DNA from: an uncultured bacterium
GTDB taxonomy: Bacteria; Babelota; Babeliae; Babelales; RVW-14
Direction: 5' to 3'
Assembly (NCBI GenBank): GCA_963759805.1
Contig: CAVXAT010000009.1
Span: 1 to 62,378 of the forward strand
Length of the DNA: 62,378 bases
Below are positions 19,301 to 27,920 of this stretch, piece after piece. The notes under the pieces were generated by a model. That model did not search any database and was not told where the DNA came from. It worked only from the letters and a program-made list of their open reading frames with translations. Numbering within the stretch: position 1 is the first letter of the stretch; each line of letters starts with the position of its first letter. The translations under genes and the position numbers were made by a program.

Positions 19301-19879
19301 TTTTTTGCTGTACTCAATTAAAAGTGGATTTGTGATTCGGTTAATTTCAATCTCCGGTGGTGCAATTTCGAAATAAAATCTGTCGCCGAGCAGGTTTTTC
19401 ATGAAAGTGGTTCGTGTTTCAGCCTCTTGAATGTTTCCGTCGCGCAGTAATGTTGGTATATGTCCGCCAACACATGCAGTTGTAATAATTAGGCCTTGCG
19501 AATATTTTTCGAGTTGGGCGTAATCTATTCGAGGCTTGAAGTAGAATCCGTCTTGGTATGCAAACGAGAATAACCGGCACAAATTTTTGTAACCTTGTTC
19601 ATTCTGCACAATTAGCATTATATGATGATATCGGTCTTTGTTATCTTTGATTTTTGCATCGGGAGTTATATACATCTCAACGCCAAGAATGGGCTTTATG
19701 CCTTCTTTCTTAGCCAACTGGAAGAATTTAATTGCACCAAAAATATTGCCATGATCAGAAATTCCGACGGCTTTCCAGTTATTTTGCTTGCAAAATTTTA
19801 GCAAGTCAGGAATTTTTATTGCTCCATCAAGCAGCGAAAATTCGGTATGTAAATGCAGATGTACAAAATGCTTATCCAT
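16352..19879 (-). CDS. dnaE: DNA polymerase III alpha subunit
   Basis: PHP motif HLHLHTEFSLLDG, GPGRGSAAGSL, MPDIDIDF, KMDFLGL, FAGYGFNKSH, C-terminal OB fold. Confidence 0.99.
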   Translation of the reverse strand: MDKHFVHLHLHTEFSLLDGAIKIPDLLKFCKQNNWKAVGISDHGNIFGAIKFFQLAKKEGIKPILGVEMYITPDAKIKDNKDRYHHIMLIVQNEQGYKNLCRLFSFAYQDGFYFKPRIDYAQLEKYSQGLIITTACVGGHIPTLLRDGNIQEAETRTTFMKNLLGDRFYFEIAPPEIEINRITNPLLIEYSKKWGVPLTVGCDAHFVNKQDHDAHEVLLSIQTKDQIDNPKRFSFGEFSGHLRTEEEIRESFKGNPDALDAMWHTGEIADRCEFNFVFGKLFFPKFPIPEQHTPESFFEHLCTTGLDKLKQKNLIPADQFEQYDARLKLEVDLIEKMGFVGYFLVVSDFIQWGKRQGIPIGPGRGSAAGSLVAWALEITNVDPLKFNLLFERFLNPERISMPDIDIDFCIERREEVIDYVKEKYGHDCVCQIITFGTMMAKGVLKDVARVLGFPFQDANAITDLIPEQLKITLGEAIEQEPKLKDLIQSNPKVQKLFEIALTLEGLTRHASKHAAGIVISPTALQETMPLYVPSKSDDLVSQYSMTDLEALGFLKMDFLGLKNLTVIDRTLKAIKKNHGVEIDLDTLPLYDDKAFKLLCDGNSNGIFQFESDGIKDVLRKLQPDKFEDLIAVNALYRPGPLGSGMVDDYIDRRHGRKKTTYMFPELEPVLSETYGVIVYQEQVMKIASAIAGYTLGGADILRKAMGKKKFEVMEQQKVLFVKGSKERGFDEKKAVELFDLMAYFAGYGFNKSHSTAYALIAYHTAYLKSHYPNEFMASLISLETSNPDAFELYLHEIQDMGLTMIPPNINLSDSEFKSAEGKIVFGLQGIKNVGGAALVNILEQRDKKPFSDLLDFCKRVDLRTANKRVLENLTYAGAFDCLPGNRAQKIAEIDKIIDIAHAEKEKEKTGQMDLFGMSAQPESTAQSQELAVPDVATAGRRRDSGSLDSGYPAYAFQLLPEFSDKEKLEKEKEVIGFYLSSHPLKSYPQIKWLKTESFTDCLDKIKTINSVKEPFVTVVGFVQGYKEITTKKGDRMAFVDLADLSGHCEIIVFPSVFKDVGSLLGQYNVFVIRGALDITSQNKCKIKANKMIPIEHFFDKCENIQGLTLKLPRSTTDAQMNQIKTLLPAGSIPLKFKFNENDQLLTVFSRQKVSCALDTLLKLQTDCSVGISIEL
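17052..17085 (-). repeat. Family A GTAG-type palindrome inserted in frame in dnaE
   Basis: Minus strand TGCCCGACGTAGCCACGGCAGGGCGTAGGCGGGA encodes VPDVATAGRRRD in the HhH-OB linker. Confidence 0.75.
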
Positions 19880-20019
19880 AAGACCCAGCTATTTTAAAAA
19901 TTACCGTTATTACAAGTTCTAAAGCTTAACTAATTTTTGAATAAATGTTGAGCTGATTTATTTTAAAAATTTTCATATGAATCCCTGAGGGTGTGGCGCA
20001 TATTAATGGTAGGATCTAA

Positions 20020-20851
20020 GTGATTCAAAGAACAGTAGTTTTTCCAATAGTTCTCGACAAAGCGCAAGCGGAAGCCCTTGGCGAAACCGCAAGGCTTTAC
20101 AAAGAAGCCTGGCAGCATTGCATTGATGTTGCATGGGATTCCGAAGAACTGTCTGCCATAGATCTTCACAAAAAAGTCTATGCATTGCTGAAGGCAAGGC
20201 TTGGTCTTAAATCTCAATATCTGTGTTCTGCGAGAAATAGAGCGGTAGAAAATGTTAAGGCAGTAAGAATTCTTTCGAAAAAAGGAATAAAGACGTGCAA
20301 GCCGGAGCTTAGGCATGTTCCAATTCGTTTGGATGCCAGAACACTTTCGTTTGACAAGCCTAGGGAAACAGCTTCTGTTGCAACTCAACAAGGAAAATTG
20401 CGATCGAATTGTAGCAAAAGAATTGATTTCTAGGCTTCAGCCTGGAGATACTGTGGTTTTGGAACGATTGACCAACATAAGAAAGCGCTGTGGTGAAAAG
20501 GGAAGGGCCCGTAAAAAGCATAGGGCTCATATGGGAAGGTGGAGTTTTAATCGCGTTGAAAACGCAATTAATTACGGTGCAGAGTTGCATGGAATTTACG
20601 TTGAATACGTTGAACCGCATTATACGTCTCAAACATGTTCTCAATGTAATATTGTGCTCAAAACAAATAGAAAAAGCCAATCTCTTTACTCCTGTTCGTG
20701 TGGTCTTATGTTAAACGCAGATCTCAATGCTGCTAGAAATATTTCAAACAAGTGGTGTATTGCCAATGGCTATATACCCGGGCTGCCTGTCAACCAGCCT
20801 ATTGTAGCGAGTTACCTGTCCTCCGTAGCCACGAAGGGCGAAGGAGGATAA
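20020..20851 (+). pseudogene. tnpB: TnpB (IS200/IS605 RNA-guided endonuclease), internally deleted and frameshifted
   Basis: N-terminal part to about 20397 joins out of frame to RuvC-II (VVLERL), Zn finger (YTSQTCSQC..CSCG) and RuvC-III (NADLNAARNI). No GID-type RuvC-I motif is present. Confidence 0.88.
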
Positions 20852-20914
20852 AAATTCAGTTACAAGCTTTCGACTTTAGTCGAGAGTTGTTGACGTTGCT
20901 TAATAACTGGCTAT
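20789..20914 (+). ncRNA. Putative omega-RNA / IS605-family right end
   Basis: GTCAAC (20789)...GTTGAC (ends 20894), TTGTAGC/GTTACAA stem, subterminal hairpin CTTTCGACTTTAGTCGAGAG. Predicted guide starts at 20895 (GTTGCTTAATAACTGGCTAT). Confidence 0.6.
20815..20848 (+). repeat. Family A GTAG-type palindrome in the tnpB 3' end
   Basis: CCTGTCCTCCGTAGCCACGAAGGGCGAAGGAGGA. Confidence 0.8.
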
Positions 20915-21031
20915 TAATGGCTTGCGCATAATTCAGTTAAAAAAACAAATATCTTTATCTAGATGATCACTAGCGATTATTCTAACTGACAGAATTAAGT
21001 ATTTGGATGTCCATACTATTGGAGGGAGAGT

Positions 21032-22036
21032 ATGAAAAAACGGTTTCGCGTGAAATTTTTTGCGTGCGTGTCCTTCTCGCTCTGTATTTTTCAAGTTGAT
21101 GCCGCACGTCGATGCCAAGAGTGCCAAGATGTTGTTGTGGACAATGTTGTAGTGCAAAAGGGACTTAGTGATTGTCAAGGGTACTACGACGCTATTAAGC
21201 CCATATTAGATCGATACAAACGTCCTATTACGGTACTTGATCTTGGTGCCGGACAAGGATATTTTTCATTTCGTATAGCCCATGATTATGATTCAACATG
21301 CATTATGGTTGAGGATAATCGTGATTCATCTCGACGGGCCGACCAACTCTTAGAGCTTTGTCATTTGAACTCTCATTTGCAAAACATAGTTCTTTTAAAA
21401 GAAAAAATGTCATTGCAAGAGTTGCAAAAGCTTGCCGATTGTGAGCATTTTGATGTTGTTTTGGCTTTTGATTATATTAATCCTGAAAGTCGCCATTGGA
21501 AACAAAAAATTAATGCGATATTACGCCTGGGGAACAATATATTTATCCAGGCTCCTTGGTCCTCAGAAAACGAGGCAGCAAGAAGTGTTGTTGAGTTTCT
21601 TGCTAAACGATCTGGAAAATTGATTTTACAAACTCCTTGTGCATATGAACCCAAAATTGAAGAGCAAATGTTTTGGTTGCAGCGCAGTAAAGAATGGTTG
21701 TACTGCAAGTGTTTTGCTTACCAGAGTAAGGATTTATTCCGTATTGAAAGCTCTTATGTGCACAAGACCTTGATTAAAAAAGGCCATTCATCTGGTCCCG
21801 AATGGAAAAAGGGAATAAATCTTGTAACATTTCTTATGCTTAATGGTACATATCCAACTAAAAAAAGTATTAAGCAAGCAGTATCCCGACTTACAAGAGA
21901 AAGACTAATGGATTTTGTGCCAAAGAACCTAATAGTACAAGGCAGTAATATTGCGCTTATCGACCAAAATGATAAAGAATGGCGTGAAGTTGATATACAA
22001 AGAAGTTTAGAATTCATAAATGATGTCATCGATTAA
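21032..22036 (+). CDS. Class I SAM-dependent methyltransferase with signal peptide
   Basis: Motif I TVLDLGAGQGYFS and EHFDVVLA; GGAGGGAG RBS. Confidence 0.85.
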   Translation: MKKRFRVKFFACVSFSLCIFQVDAARRCQECQDVVVDNVVVQKGLSDCQGYYDAIKPILDRYKRPITVLDLGAGQGYFSFRIAHDYDSTCIMVEDNRDSSRRADQLLELCHLNSHLQNIVLLKEKMSLQELQKLADCEHFDVVLAFDYINPESRHWKQKINAILRLGNNIFIQAPWSSENEAARSVVEFLAKRSGKLILQTPCAYEPKIEEQMFWLQRSKEWLYCKCFAYQSKDLFRIESSYVHKTLIKKGHSSGPEWKKGINLVTFLMLNGTYPTKKSIKQAVSRLTRERLMDFVPKNLIVQGSNIALIDQNDKEWREVDIQRSLEFINDVID

Positions 22037-22243
22037 TCATCAGCATGTGGTGTTTTAAACCTTCTTAAACAAGATAATAAGCGGCATATAAGGAAGCGCA
22101 CGCGTAACTGGCTAAGTCGTTTAATATGGAAGGGCCGTACGGACTGATTTTTTGTTAATATTGCAAATAAATACTGTTTAATTATATTTAAACCTTGTTA
22201 TTCGTGATTTTTACGTTACGGCGAATTACTGGGGGAATATAAG

Positions 22244-23326
22244 ATGGATCAGCTTATACCAAAAGAATTACTGGAGAAAAGTAGTAAAATTTTATTTATT
22301 GATGGCATTGCCATCGGAGATTTTTCGTACCTGCATAACTGTTTTAAGGCTTTATCCGAGCAGTATCCTAATCTTAAAATCGATCTATGGGTTGATGAGT
22401 ATAGAGGTAAAAGTTGTTTATTCCGCTGGAAAAGCAAAAAACATGATATTGTATATGAGTGGCTCGAATCCTGCTCTTTTTTTAACAAAATTTATAAAAA
22501 TGTTGGGGCATGGTGGAATATGCCTGGGTTTTTCAAGCAGCTGAGGCAAGAAAATTATTCGATTATTGTATGTGCGTTGAATGCAAGACCAAAAAGAACT
22601 GCAAGATTTGCAAAAATCATAGCGCCACAAAGTTTTATTGTTACATCTACTGATTCTATTAACACGTTAAAAATTGCTTTTATAAGAGATTTTTTTACGT
22701 ACCAATTTGAAAAGATTTTTGGTATTAATATCCCAGATTCGCAAAAGAAATTATCTTTTAATATTGATAAAAAATGGATTGATGATGCTAGGGCCAAGTT
22801 TTTGACATGGGGAATTAAAGAAAAACAGGATAAGATTATATTTTTAAATTCTTTTGCCAAAATTGAAAATCGTTGTTGGGATATTGATAGTGTTATTGAT
22901 TTGATAAAAAAAATTAAACAAGAAGAGCTTTTTTCAAGTGAAACTTGCTCAAGCGAAGCTTGCTCAAAATTAAGTTTTATTATCAACGCATTACCCGAAA
23001 AAAGAGAGTTAATTGAGGATATTGTGAAATGCAACTCGTTGAAACACGTTCATGTTTTTACTGCAAGCAAGAGCTTTTTTGAATTACCGTCGATTATCTC
23101 TTTGTGTGATTTAGTTATTTCCGTAGACACATCTGTTATTCATTTGGCGAATGCCTTGAATATTCCATTGGTTGGCTTAGTAAGACAGAAAAATGCGATC
23201 TGGACTCCCAAATCAGAGAAATCCTCTTTTATTTACACAAAAAACAGGCGAGAATGGACTAGCGATATATCTGTAGCTGACGTATTTGAGGTTGTTAAGG
23301 AATCTGCTAAAAAAATTTGCTCTTAA
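22244..23326 (+). CDS. Glycosyltransferase family 9 (heptosyltransferase-like)
   Basis: AIGDF near the N-terminus, NRCW, and CDLVISVDTSVIHLANALNIP. Confidence 0.9.
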   Translation: MDQLIPKELLEKSSKILFIDGIAIGDFSYLHNCFKALSEQYPNLKIDLWVDEYRGKSCLFRWKSKKHDIVYEWLESCSFFNKIYKNVGAWWNMPGFFKQLRQENYSIIVCALNARPKRTARFAKIIAPQSFIVTSTDSINTLKIAFIRDFFTYQFEKIFGINIPDSQKKLSFNIDKKWIDDARAKFLTWGIKEKQDKIIFLNSFAKIENRCWDIDSVIDLIKKIKQEELFSSETCSSEACSKLSFIINALPEKRELIEDIVKCNSLKHVHVFTASKSFFELPSIISLCDLVISVDTSVIHLANALNIPLVGLVRQKNAIWTPKSEKSSFIYTKNRREWTSDISVADVFEVVKESAKKICS

Positions 23327-23356
23327 AGCCCCGGAATAGATCCAGGGGCTTTTTTT
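23326..23356 (+). terminator. Intrinsic terminator between convergent genes
   Basis: AAGCCCC-GGA...TCC-AGGGGCTT followed by a T-run. Confidence 0.75.
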
Positions 23357-23392
23357 AAAAAAATTAACAAAAAAGTTAAGCAGATTAAAAGC

Positions 23393-23980
23393 TTAAACAG
23401 CTCTTAGTTCGCCTGCCTTTTTCTCATATAAATCATCGGCTTTTTTGATAAATTCATCAGTGATTTTCTGGAGTAATGTGCTGAGCTTTTCGGCAAAGTC
23501 TTCAGAAATTATATGTTTTTTATCAGCATCTCTGATCTCATTGTGAATATCTTTACGAGTGTTTCTTATTGCAACTCTGCATTCTTCAACCTTTTTTCCA
23601 AGAATTTTGACCAACTCTTCACGTCTTGTAGTACTCATCTGAGGCAGTTGAATTCTTATGATTTTACCATCATTTGCGGGTGTTACTCCGAGGTCTGATG
23701 ATTGAAGTGCCTTTTCAATATCGCCGATAATGCTTGGATCCCAAGGTTGAATTGTTAGTAATCTTGCATCAGGGGCTGCCAATGTTGCAAGTTCTCTTAA
23801 CCCCATTAATTGACCATAGCATTCGACTTTTAGACCTTCGAGCATACTGACGTTTGCTCGGCCGGTTCTGATTGCCAAAAGTTCTTTCTCAAAATGTTTG
23901 AGTGCTTTATCCATTTCCGCTTTTGTAAGGGTCTCAATACTTTTTGAATCACCCTCAATAAATGCTATCTCTTCCATCAT
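23393..23980 (-). CDS. frr: Ribosome recycling factor
   Basis: IRTGRAN, IQPWD, LGVTPANDG, RVAIRNTR. Confidence 0.97.
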   Translation of the reverse strand: MMEEIAFIEGDSKSIETLTKAEMDKALKHFEKELLAIRTGRANVSMLEGLKVECYGQLMGLRELATLAAPDARLLTIQPWDPSIIGDIEKALQSSDLGVTPANDGKIIRIQLPQMSTTRREELVKILGKKVEECRVAIRNTRKDIHNEIRDADKKHIISEDFAEKLSTLLQKITDEFIKKADDLYEKKAGELRAV

Positions 23981-23993
23981 AAACCCTTCAAAT

Positions 23994-24731
23994 TTAACTT
24001 ATTGTACTGCCAAAATTCAAATCTTTTGAGACTTTTAATAATGCATTTTTTTCAAACACATTAAAAACTCTTATTTTTACACTGTTTCCTGCGGCAAGCG
24101 TTATCGCTGTTGGGTCGATAATTTTTAAATTGTTTTCCAGAATTTTGGAATATCCAATCTCTTTAAATTTCTTTGCTTTTTTGTCAACCATTGGATCGGC
24201 TGAATAAACGCCGTCAACCTTTGTTGCTTTCCAAACCTGTTTGGCTCCAATCTGTAGCGCACGCAAGACTGCATTGGTATCCGTTGTAAAAAAAGGATTA
24301 CCGGTTCCTCCGACAAAAATAATTATTTTGTTTTCACTTAGCGCTGAATCAATCAGCACTTGATTAATTCTTGGAACCATTGAGTCAATCGAAAATGCAC
24401 TTAAGACCACAGATTCCAGATTAGCTTGCCTAAAGATGTCTTGCAGTATTATCCCATTCATAACTGTTGCAAGCATTCCAACGGCATCTGCACCGGTCTG
24501 TTGCATCTTTAGCTGCACTCCCTGCTTAGATCCTCTAAAAAAATTGCCGCCACCTATTACGATTCCAAAATTGTTTTTAGTGGATAACTTTTTTATCTGG
24601 TCTGCAAAATCTTTGAGTCGTTCATGATTAAACCCATTAGGGGTATGTTCATTAGCATTACACCCGTCCGGATTGCATCCGTTCGGGCTGCGCAAAAACT
24701 CGCCACTTAATTTGATTAAAACAGATTCCAT
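23994..24731 (-). CDS. pyrH: UMP kinase
   Basis: LIKLSGE, IGGGNFFRG, GTGNPFFTTD, KVDGVYSADP; start set at ATG 24731. Confidence 0.97.
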   Translation of the reverse strand: MESVLIKLSGEFLRSPNGCNPDGCNANEHTPNGFNHERLKDFADQIKKLSTKNNFGIVIGGGNFFRGSKQGVQLKMQQTGADAVGMLATVMNGIILQDIFRQANLESVVLSAFSIDSMVPRINQVLIDSALSENKIIIFVGGTGNPFFTTDTNAVLRALQIGAKQVWKATKVDGVYSADPMVDKKAKKFKEIGYSKILENNLKIIDPTAITLAAGNSVKIRVFNVFEKNALLKVSKDLNFGSTIS

Positions 24732-24732
24732 A

Positions 24733-25614
24733 TTATCTACCAATTCCAATTCTGACAAACTGCTTGACTGTAATTTTGTTGCCAAGCTTTTTGCTAGCCT
24801 CATCTAAGTAATTCTGGATTGTAATCTTGTCATTCTTAATGAAGAATTGATTGAGTAAACAGACGTCCTCGTAGTATTTTTTAATTTTGCCTTCTAAAAT
24901 TTTTTCAATAACATTGGCCGGTTTGCCGGAAAGCTTTAGCTGTTCTGTTGCTATTTCGCGTTCTTTTGCAACGGCTGCCACGTCAAGATCAGTAGGTGAA
25001 ACGGATAAAGGTTTGTTTACCGCAATTTGCATGCAGATGTCTTTGGCCACGGTTTTTAACTCTTCAAGATGTGCAGAAGGGTCCTTTTCCATTCCTAGCT
25101 CAACCATTACGCCTACGGTAGAACCGGGATGAATATAGGCGCTTACCATGCCGAATTTTCCGGCTTTGAAAAGCACAACCTTGATTACTTTAATGCTTTC
25201 AGCAATCTTTGCTATCAACTCATTAAGATGATCTTTCACCACAAGTTTAGGATTTTTTAGTGATTTTTGACTCAAAATTGCCTGTGCGTCATTAACAGCG
25301 GTGATTGCAGCAACTTCAGCCGTGTGTTTTGCAAAATACTCCATATCCACTGTTTTTGCAGAAAAATCAGTTTCACATGCGATTTCAACCATTGCGCCGG
25401 TCTTTGTGTCAGGAGAGATAAAACATTCTACACGACCATTGGTGGTTGCATTTTCGCCCCGTTTAGCTGCAACGGACGAACCCTTTTTCCTCAATATTTC
25501 AATTGCTTTCTCTATATCGCCATTTGACTCTTCCAGTGCCTTTTTACAGTCCATCATTCCAACTTGAGTCTTTTCCCTAAGTTGTTTTACCAAGTCCATC
25601 GATATATTTGCCAT
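24733..25614 (-). CDS. tsf: Elongation factor Ts
   Basis: VKQLREKTQVGMMDCKKAL, CETDF, SAYIH, GKPANVIEKI. Confidence 0.98.
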   Translation of the reverse strand: MANISMDLVKQLREKTQVGMMDCKKALEESNGDIEKAIEILRKKGSSVAAKRGENATTNGRVECFISPDTKTGAMVEIACETDFSAKTVDMEYFAKHTAEVAAITAVNDAQAILSQKSLKNPKLVVKDHLNELIAKIAESIKVIKVVLFKAGKFGMVSAYIHPGSTVGVMVELGMEKDPSAHLEELKTVAKDICMQIAVNKPLSVSPTDLDVAAVAKEREIATEQLKLSGKPANVIEKILEGKIKKYYEDVCLLNQFFIKNDKITIQNYLDEASKKLGNKITVKQFVRIGIGR

Positions 25615-25751
25615 TTCAAAACTCCCATATTCATTTATAATGCGTTTGCGGTTGCAGTTTTTTTAAACATATAGTATTATTTTGCCAAATATACCTAATT
25701 TTTACAAGGACAAAACAAGTTTTTTAAGTTTGAACACGATGGGAGTTTACT

Positions 25752-26027
25752 ATGCCAACGCCAAAGCGTAAACAGTCAAAATCTAGAAGAGACATGCGAT
25801 CTGCCAATAAAGGGTTAAAACCAAAGAGTGTTGCTGCGTGTCAAACATGCCAGGCCCCAATTATTCCGCACCAAGCTTGCAAAGAGTGTGGTTACTATAA
25901 GGGCACGAAAATTTTAAGAACAAAAACTGACAGAATGTACCAGAGAGGGAAGGCGAAACAGGCAAAGGAACAGCAGATGCAAGCCAAAGCGCCAGCAGCT
26001 ACTCCTGAAAATGGTGCAAAAGAATAA
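25752..26027 (+). CDS. rpmF: 50S ribosomal protein L32 with C-terminal extension
   Basis: MPTPKRKQSKSRRDMR and CQTC..PHQACKECGYY. Confidence 0.95.
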   Translation: MPTPKRKQSKSRRDMRSANKGLKPKSVAACQTCQAPIIPHQACKECGYYKGTKILRTKTDRMYQRGKAKQAKEQQMQAKAPAATPENGAKE

Positions 26028-26033
26028 ATTAAA

Positions 26034-26987
26034 ATGATTGCCTTGGATGTCATGGGTGGGGATTACGCGCCGGAGCAGATAGTTCTTGGGGCGTTGAATG
26101 CAGCCAAAAAATCGATTCCACTTACTCTTGTTGGTCCGCAAGATGTTATAAAAGAGTATCTTTATAAATATGATTCGAACTGGCAAAGTTATCCGATAAA
26201 TTTTTGTAATTCAACAAGTGTCATTGCTATGGACGAGGATCCGGTCAGTGCCGTACGCAAGAAAAAAGATTCTTCTATTGTCAAAATTATCGAGCTTGTC
26301 AAATCTGGGCAGGCAGATGTTGCAATTTCTGCCGGTAATTCCGGGGCTGTGATGGTAGCTGCCAGTTTTATTTTGGGTAAAGCGGAAAACCTTGACCGAC
26401 CTGCCATTGCCGGTTTTTTACCAACGTCAACAGGAAACAAGGTTTTGGCCCTTGATTTGGGCGCAAATACTGACTGTAGACCGAATAATTTGGTGCAGTT
26501 TGCGTATCTGGCAGATGATTATGCCAAAAATATCTTAAACATATCCACCCCCAGAATAGCTCTTCTATCCAATGGGCATGAGGACTGCAAGGGGTCATTG
26601 GTTACAAAAGAGGCTTTTGTACTGCTCAAGAATTCAACACTTAATTTTATTGGAAACATTGAGCCATTAGATGTTTTCGACTACAAAACAGATATTGTTG
26701 TGAGTGATGGCTTTTCGGGAAATATTTTTTTAAAAACACTTGAAGGCGCATTTGATCTGTTTATTAAGTTAATTAAAAGAGAAACTGAGCTCAAAAGTGT
26801 GACTGATCCCAAAGTTGATCCCAAAATTTGTGATTTTGCTCATGATATGGCCAAAGGTGTTTTATACACAGGCGGGGCTGTTTTGTTGGGGGTTAAGGGA
26901 AATGTTATTATCTGCCATGGAAATTCTACTGCAGATGTGATAGAAAATACAGTAAAAAACAGCACCAAATTTTTCAGTGTGAAATGA
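26034..26987 (+). CDS. plsX: Phosphate acyltransferase
   Basis: IALDVMGGDYAP, SAGNSGA, DRPAI, LDLGAN, DGFSGN..LK, ICHG. Confidence 0.96.
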   Translation: MIALDVMGGDYAPEQIVLGALNAAKKSIPLTLVGPQDVIKEYLYKYDSNWQSYPINFCNSTSVIAMDEDPVSAVRKKKDSSIVKIIELVKSGQADVAISAGNSGAVMVAASFILGKAENLDRPAIAGFLPTSTGNKVLALDLGANTDCRPNNLVQFAYLADDYAKNILNISTPRIALLSNGHEDCKGSLVTKEAFVLLKNSTLNFIGNIEPLDVFDYKTDIVVSDGFSGNIFLKTLEGAFDLFIKLIKRETELKSVTDPKVDPKICDFAHDMAKGVLYTGGAVLLGVKGNVIICHGNSTADVIENTVKNSTKFFSVK

Positions 26988-27124
26988 TAATGTTTCAGGG
27001 CGAAAATTCTTAATATAAATAGCATTTTTAGTATACAAAAATGATAAGTTATATATACTCAATTTTGTGTAGATCTTTAATTTGAAATTTGTTAATAAAT
27101 TGATAAAAACTATAGGAGAATTCG

Positions 27125-27859
27125 ATGGAAGTTAAGCAGGCGATGTTAATAAAGTGGTTTGATGATGTACTTAAAAAAGTAAAAGTTTATCAACAGCTTT
27201 TAATTATTGCGGCTTTGGGGGTAATTATCTTGAGTGCGGCTATTTTTGGCTATGCATTTTATAAAAATAAGGTTCGTGCTGCTGCCTATAAAGATTTTAT
27301 GTCAGCAATTCAGTACTACGATGGGGCAGTCAAAAGCAAAAAAACCAGTTCAAACTATCCTGGAGTTAAGCAATTTGAGAGTGAAAATGATAAGTGGGTT
27401 CAGACTGAGCAGGTATTCGGGCAGGGGTATCAAAATTATAAAAATACAGAATTGGCGCCGGCATTTTTGGCATTTCAAGCTGAAGCTTTGCTAAATCTTG
27501 GAAAAGTAGAGCAAGCGATTAAAATATTTAAAGATGTTGTTAATCAGGTTAAAAGCGAAGAGATTAAAGATTCATATAAAGTAAAAATAGCTTTGATTAA
27601 TATGGATAATAAAGACGCAAAAATTCAGAGCGACGCGCTTAATGAACTGATTGCTATCGCGAATAATGATAATAGTGTTGCAAATGAGATAGCTCTTTAT
27701 CAGGTAGGTTCATATTTTTGGACACAAAAAAAATATAATGAGGCTAAAAATTATTGGCAAAGGCTTTTGGTTAAAACAACTGCAAAGTCCGGACAAGCGT
27801 CTGTTTTTGCGGGTGAAGTCAGAGAGAAATTGAGTCTAATTTCGGCTGAGAATTTGTAG
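27125..27859 (+). CDS. Membrane-anchored TPR protein (YfgM-like)
   Basis: Single N-terminal transmembrane helix followed by TPR-like helices; AGGAG RBS. Confidence 0.7.
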   Translation: MEVKQAMLIKWFDDVLKKVKVYQQLLIIAALGVIILSAAIFGYAFYKNKVRAAAYKDFMSAIQYYDGAVKSKKTSSNYPGVKQFESENDKWVQTEQVFGQGYQNYKNTELAPAFLAFQAEALLNLGKVEQAIKIFKDVVNQVKSEEIKDSYKVKIALINMDNKDAKIQSDALNELIAIANNDNSVANEIALYQVGSYFWTQKKYNEAKNYWQRLLVKTTAKSGQASVFAGEVREKLSLISAENL

Positions 27860-27920
27860 TCTCCGTTAATAAATAAATGTGAGGTTATTTTCCAATCATT
27901 TCAAAAATGCAGGTATGACT

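Noticed and set aside
20020..20851. Active Cas12f/TnpB or programmed frameshift
   Set aside because: The RuvC-I segment is missing altogether, so frameshifting could not restore a nuclease. No CRISPR repeats are adjacent.
20904..22114. TAACTGGCTA on both sides of the methyltransferase gene as target duplication or TnpB self-target
   Set aside because: It is only a 10-bp match and does not include the guide's 5' seed, so it is plausible by chance.
1..22147. Stop-codon reassignment suggested by in-frame TAG (23) and TAA (22034)
   Set aside because: Core genes are intact under code 11 and TAG, TAA and TGA all occur as normal stops. Isolated nonsense changes are the simpler explanation.
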